64,000 nucleotides of DNA from an uncultured Acidobacteriota bacterium (GTDB lineage Bacteria > Acidobacteriota > Terriglobia > UBA7540): contig CAWDSK010000006.1 in NCBI GenBank assembly GCA_963804995.1, positions 1,440,001-1,504,000 on the forward strand, read 5' to 3'. Each line of letters begins with the position of its first letter. Within the stretch, counting starts at the first letter, position 1. Position numbers and translations under genes: made by a program. Shown here one piece after another: positions 60,243 to 64,000 of this stretch. Under the pieces are notes generated by a model. The model was not told the origin of the DNA, did not search any database, and worked only from the letters and a program-made list of their open reading frames with translations.

Positions 60243-60994
60243 TTGTGTAGAAACCTGGACAGAGCGTTATTGAAACGTTCAAGTTCAAGACCCAAGGTTT
60301 CAGAGTTGCCTTCGGCCACTGCCGGCGCCGGGCGCGATCCCGGCATGGGCGCAAATTCCCAAAGTCCAACCATCCAGACCAGCAAACAGAGCGTGTAGGC
60401 CATGGGAGACATAACCCAAAGAATGCTGGTGTACAAATTCCCAAAGTACTCGACGCAGGCGAAATTGGCGATGTTCACCCCTAGGTAAATGGAAAATCCT
60501 AACATCAGGCCCGCCACGTTTTTGCCTAGCTTAAGACCAAAGTGGCGGGCTGCGTAGAAAAGAACGGCGAGAATTATAGCCTTTGTCAGCGAAGCCCGGA
60601 GAGCAAAATCGAGCAATGCCATTTGCATGCTGGGAGAATGCAAAATCGTCGGGAGAATGTAAACGGCGCCGAAGCCAATGGAAATCGCGATCGTTAGAGC
60701 GCGCCCCAAGTTTCGTATGGCCGGGAAGGGTTGGAAGATGTGGTCCGAGATTTCCGCCAGCACCGCGAACTCCACCACGATGCTAAGCACATAAGAAAAC
60801 CAGTAAACCGACGCGTGTAAATCCGGCCGCGTCCAATAAACTACGTACCCTGCAACTGTGCTACAGAACAGGAAAATCAGATACGAGTAAAAAAGCGGAA
60901 ACAGCTTGGCGTGCCGGTCCCCAACCCCTCTCACGAGGAGAAGAGTTACAAGCACCAGTGCGCCGAAGCTAGTTACGAATCCAAGAGAAACCAT
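60239..60994 (-). CDS. Polytopic (~7 TM) membrane protein, unknown function
   Basis: About seven hydrophobic segments; FPLFYSYL, EISDHIFQPFP. Confidence 0.82.
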   Translation of the reverse strand: MVSLGFVTSFGALVLVTLLLVRGVGDRHAKLFPLFYSYLIFLFCSTVAGYVVYWTRPDLHASVYWFSYVLSIVVEFAVLAEISDHIFQPFPAIRNLGRALTIAISIGFGAVYILPTILHSPSMQMALLDFALRASLTKAIILAVLFYAARHFGLKLGKNVAGLMLGFSIYLGVNIANFACVEYFGNLYTSILWVMSPMAYTLCLLVWMVGLWEFAPMPGSRPAPAVAEGNSETLGLELERFNNALSRFLHK

Positions 60995-61057
60995 ACGCCT
61001 ATCCGGGATGGGCGGACCGCGAGTCCCGCTTCTGCCCATCCTCGAATAGAAGCAAAG

Positions 61058-61120
61058 TTAAGCCAAAGGGGGCATGGGCATCGGTCCGACACCTTCCGGA
61101 TTCCTACGTGAGCATAGCAT
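61058..61120 (-). CDS. 20-aa Pro-rich peptide MLCSRRNPEGVGPMPMPPLA
   Basis: Strong SD AAGGAGGT 7 nt before ATG; TAA at 61058; not in the ORF track. Confidence 0.6.
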   Translation of the reverse strand: MLCSRRNPEGVGPMPMPPLA

Positions 61121-61795
61121 AGTCGTTACCTCCTTTCCAGCGCGATTATCTGCACTAAAGTACTGGGTGCCAACTGCCCTGTGGATATTTCAAGGATGTT
61201 TGATAGGGGCAGGGTTCAGGACCATGTGGGACACGGCCGCTTTCCTGTTTACTAATCCGACAAATTCGTCTCCAGAATCTCAGGGTCGGAAGGCCTCAAC
61301 TTTACGGCCCAGTGGAAACCCCCGGAAGGCTGTCGGGATCGGCGCAGCCATCTTAGATGTAATAGGTTAGGAGGGACACGGATTTTCAGACGTCAGCCTG
61401 CCATTATGTCGGAAATTGGGCGGCCTCCCGTACCTATAAGTTTTCGGTAAGGGATTGTATTAAAAAATATTAATCGAGAACTGATTACCTTATGGTCAAT
61501 ATCCCAGAATTAGATAAAGGAAGTTTAACGTCCTGCGGATCACCACGTGGGACTGCCCTGCAAAATAGTATCACAATTGACAACTATCAATTTTCGGTTA
61601 TTTCGGGAGATTCTTAGTGAGGTCGGTCTTCATGGCAGACTTTTTGGCGCTTCCTGCGGCGGTCAGGAAACTCTGGATACTTACTATCCTAAATCTAACC
61701 CTATCAACACTTTTCAACTTCTTTCTCCCTTTAACGACCCCTATAAACCTTTGTCAAGCTGTAGCGTCGATGTCTGAATTAGCAATGTTGGGGTA

Positions 61796-63091
<1,296 letters not shown>

Positions 63092-63094
63092 AGT

Positions 63095-64000
63095 TCACCG
63101 GATCACCCGATGATTTACTTCCATTGCCTCTCTCAGCACTTGCGCAAGGCTCTTTCCTTGCTGATGTAACTCTAGAACCGCTTCCTGTCGCGTAATTTTC
63201 TTTACAACCATCAAGAGCGCTACAGGCAGGCTGCGACCCGAGTCCTTTAGGGCACTGGCGGCCGCGGCCGGGCTCGCACCGGTGAGTTGCACCAGAATTC
63301 CCTGGGCGCGTTCCCGCAGTTTCTGGTTGGTCAGTTGAACGTTGATCATACGATTGGAAAGTACGCACCCCAGCCGCACCATGGTGGCAGTAGAGAGCAT
63401 GTTCAATGCGAGTTTCTGTGCTGTCCCTGACTTCATGCGGCTGGACCCCGCAATGACCTCAGGTCCCACCACGGTCAGGATAGTGACATCCGCGAGCGCT
63501 TCGAGCGGGGCATCGGGGTTCGAGGTAAGAGCGGCAACCTTCGCACCGAGTCGTCGCGCATATCGCATCCCGCCCAGCACGTAGGGTGCACTGCCGCTGG
63601 CGGAGATTCCTACCAGAAGGTCGTGACGAGTGAAATGGATTTTCTTCAGGTCACGAACGGCCTGCTCAGGGTCGTCCTCAAAGTCCTCCGCCGAGCGGAG
63701 CAGAGAAACCGGGGCCCCTGCCAGGATAGCCACGATCTGATCCGACCCGAAAGTCGGCAGACACTCCGCGGCGTCGAGAGCCCCCAGGCGGCCACTGGTG
63801 CCGGCACCCAGGTAAACCACTCGCCCACCGTTTTTCAGGGCGTCCACCGCCAGGTCGACGGTGCGCGCGATCTGGGGGAGCGCCTTGCGAACTGCTGGCG
63901 CAACCCGGTGATCCTCGCGATTAATGATGCGCAGAATTTCCCGCGTAGGCTTCGTATCCAAGGCGGCCGAAGCCGGGTTCCTTCGTTCGGTAATGCGCTC
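63095..64000 (-). CDS. murQ: N-acetylmuramic acid 6-phosphate etherase (5' end beyond window)
   Basis: TERRNP, GAGTSGRLG, GPEVIAGSSRMKSGTAQK. Confidence 0.95.
   Translation of the reverse strand, partial: ERITERRNPASAALDTKPTREILRIINREDHRVAPAVRKALPQIARTVDLAVDALKNGGRVVYLGAGTSGRLGALDAAECLPTFGSDQIVAILAGAPVSLLRSAEDFEDDPEQAVRDLKKIHFTRHDLLVGISASGSAPYVLGGMRYARRLGAKVAALTSNPDAPLEALADVTILTVVGPEVIAGSSRMKSGTAQKLALNMLSTATMVRLGCVLSNRMINVQLTNQKLRERAQGILVQLTGASPAAAASALKDSGRSLPVALLMVVKKITRQEAVLELHQQGKSLAQVLREAMEVNHRVIR

Noticed and set aside
61280..61351. Second small ORF MAAPIPTAFRGFPLGRKVEAFRP on the minus strand
   Set aside because: No Shine-Dalgarno sequence and no supporting motif

Overview
GC-rich bacterial chromosomal segment. 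Gene content (CarboxypepD-type TonB receptor, Tat Gfo/Idh/MocA, tandem YtxH, DUF6599-like lipoprotein) suggests Acidobacteriota/Terriglobia; this is an inference. Housekeeping genes: lpxD (partial), an LpxL-type acyltransferase, a ClC channel, cspA, a desaturase, iscS/nifS-mnmA, uvrC, a korA/korBC-nifJ-DHODH-like operon, murA and murQ (partial). These are interleaved with a very dense repeat landscape: GTAG-type REP/REPIN doublets, three MITE families (two nested in REPs, one targeting CTAG stop codons), ~22-nt mini-hairpin insertions and heptamer tandem repeats. Accessory content includes an IS1595-family element with a passenger gene, a degraded RHS-Tlde1 toxin/immunity pair, and an array of six toxin-antitoxin modules separated by conserved spacers. 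The strongest candidates for undescribed systems are: (i) a 20-aa Pro-rich peptide plus multi-TM protein plus membrane-anchored protein triad (59712-61140); (ii) a ~2-kb composite dispersed element present twice, made of a promoter-like block, a CATAAACATCG motif array, a conserved ORF and ~150-bp GATC-rich tandem units; (iii) the cassette-like TA array. Several single-base frameshifts in conserved genes suggest uncorrected sequencing indels.
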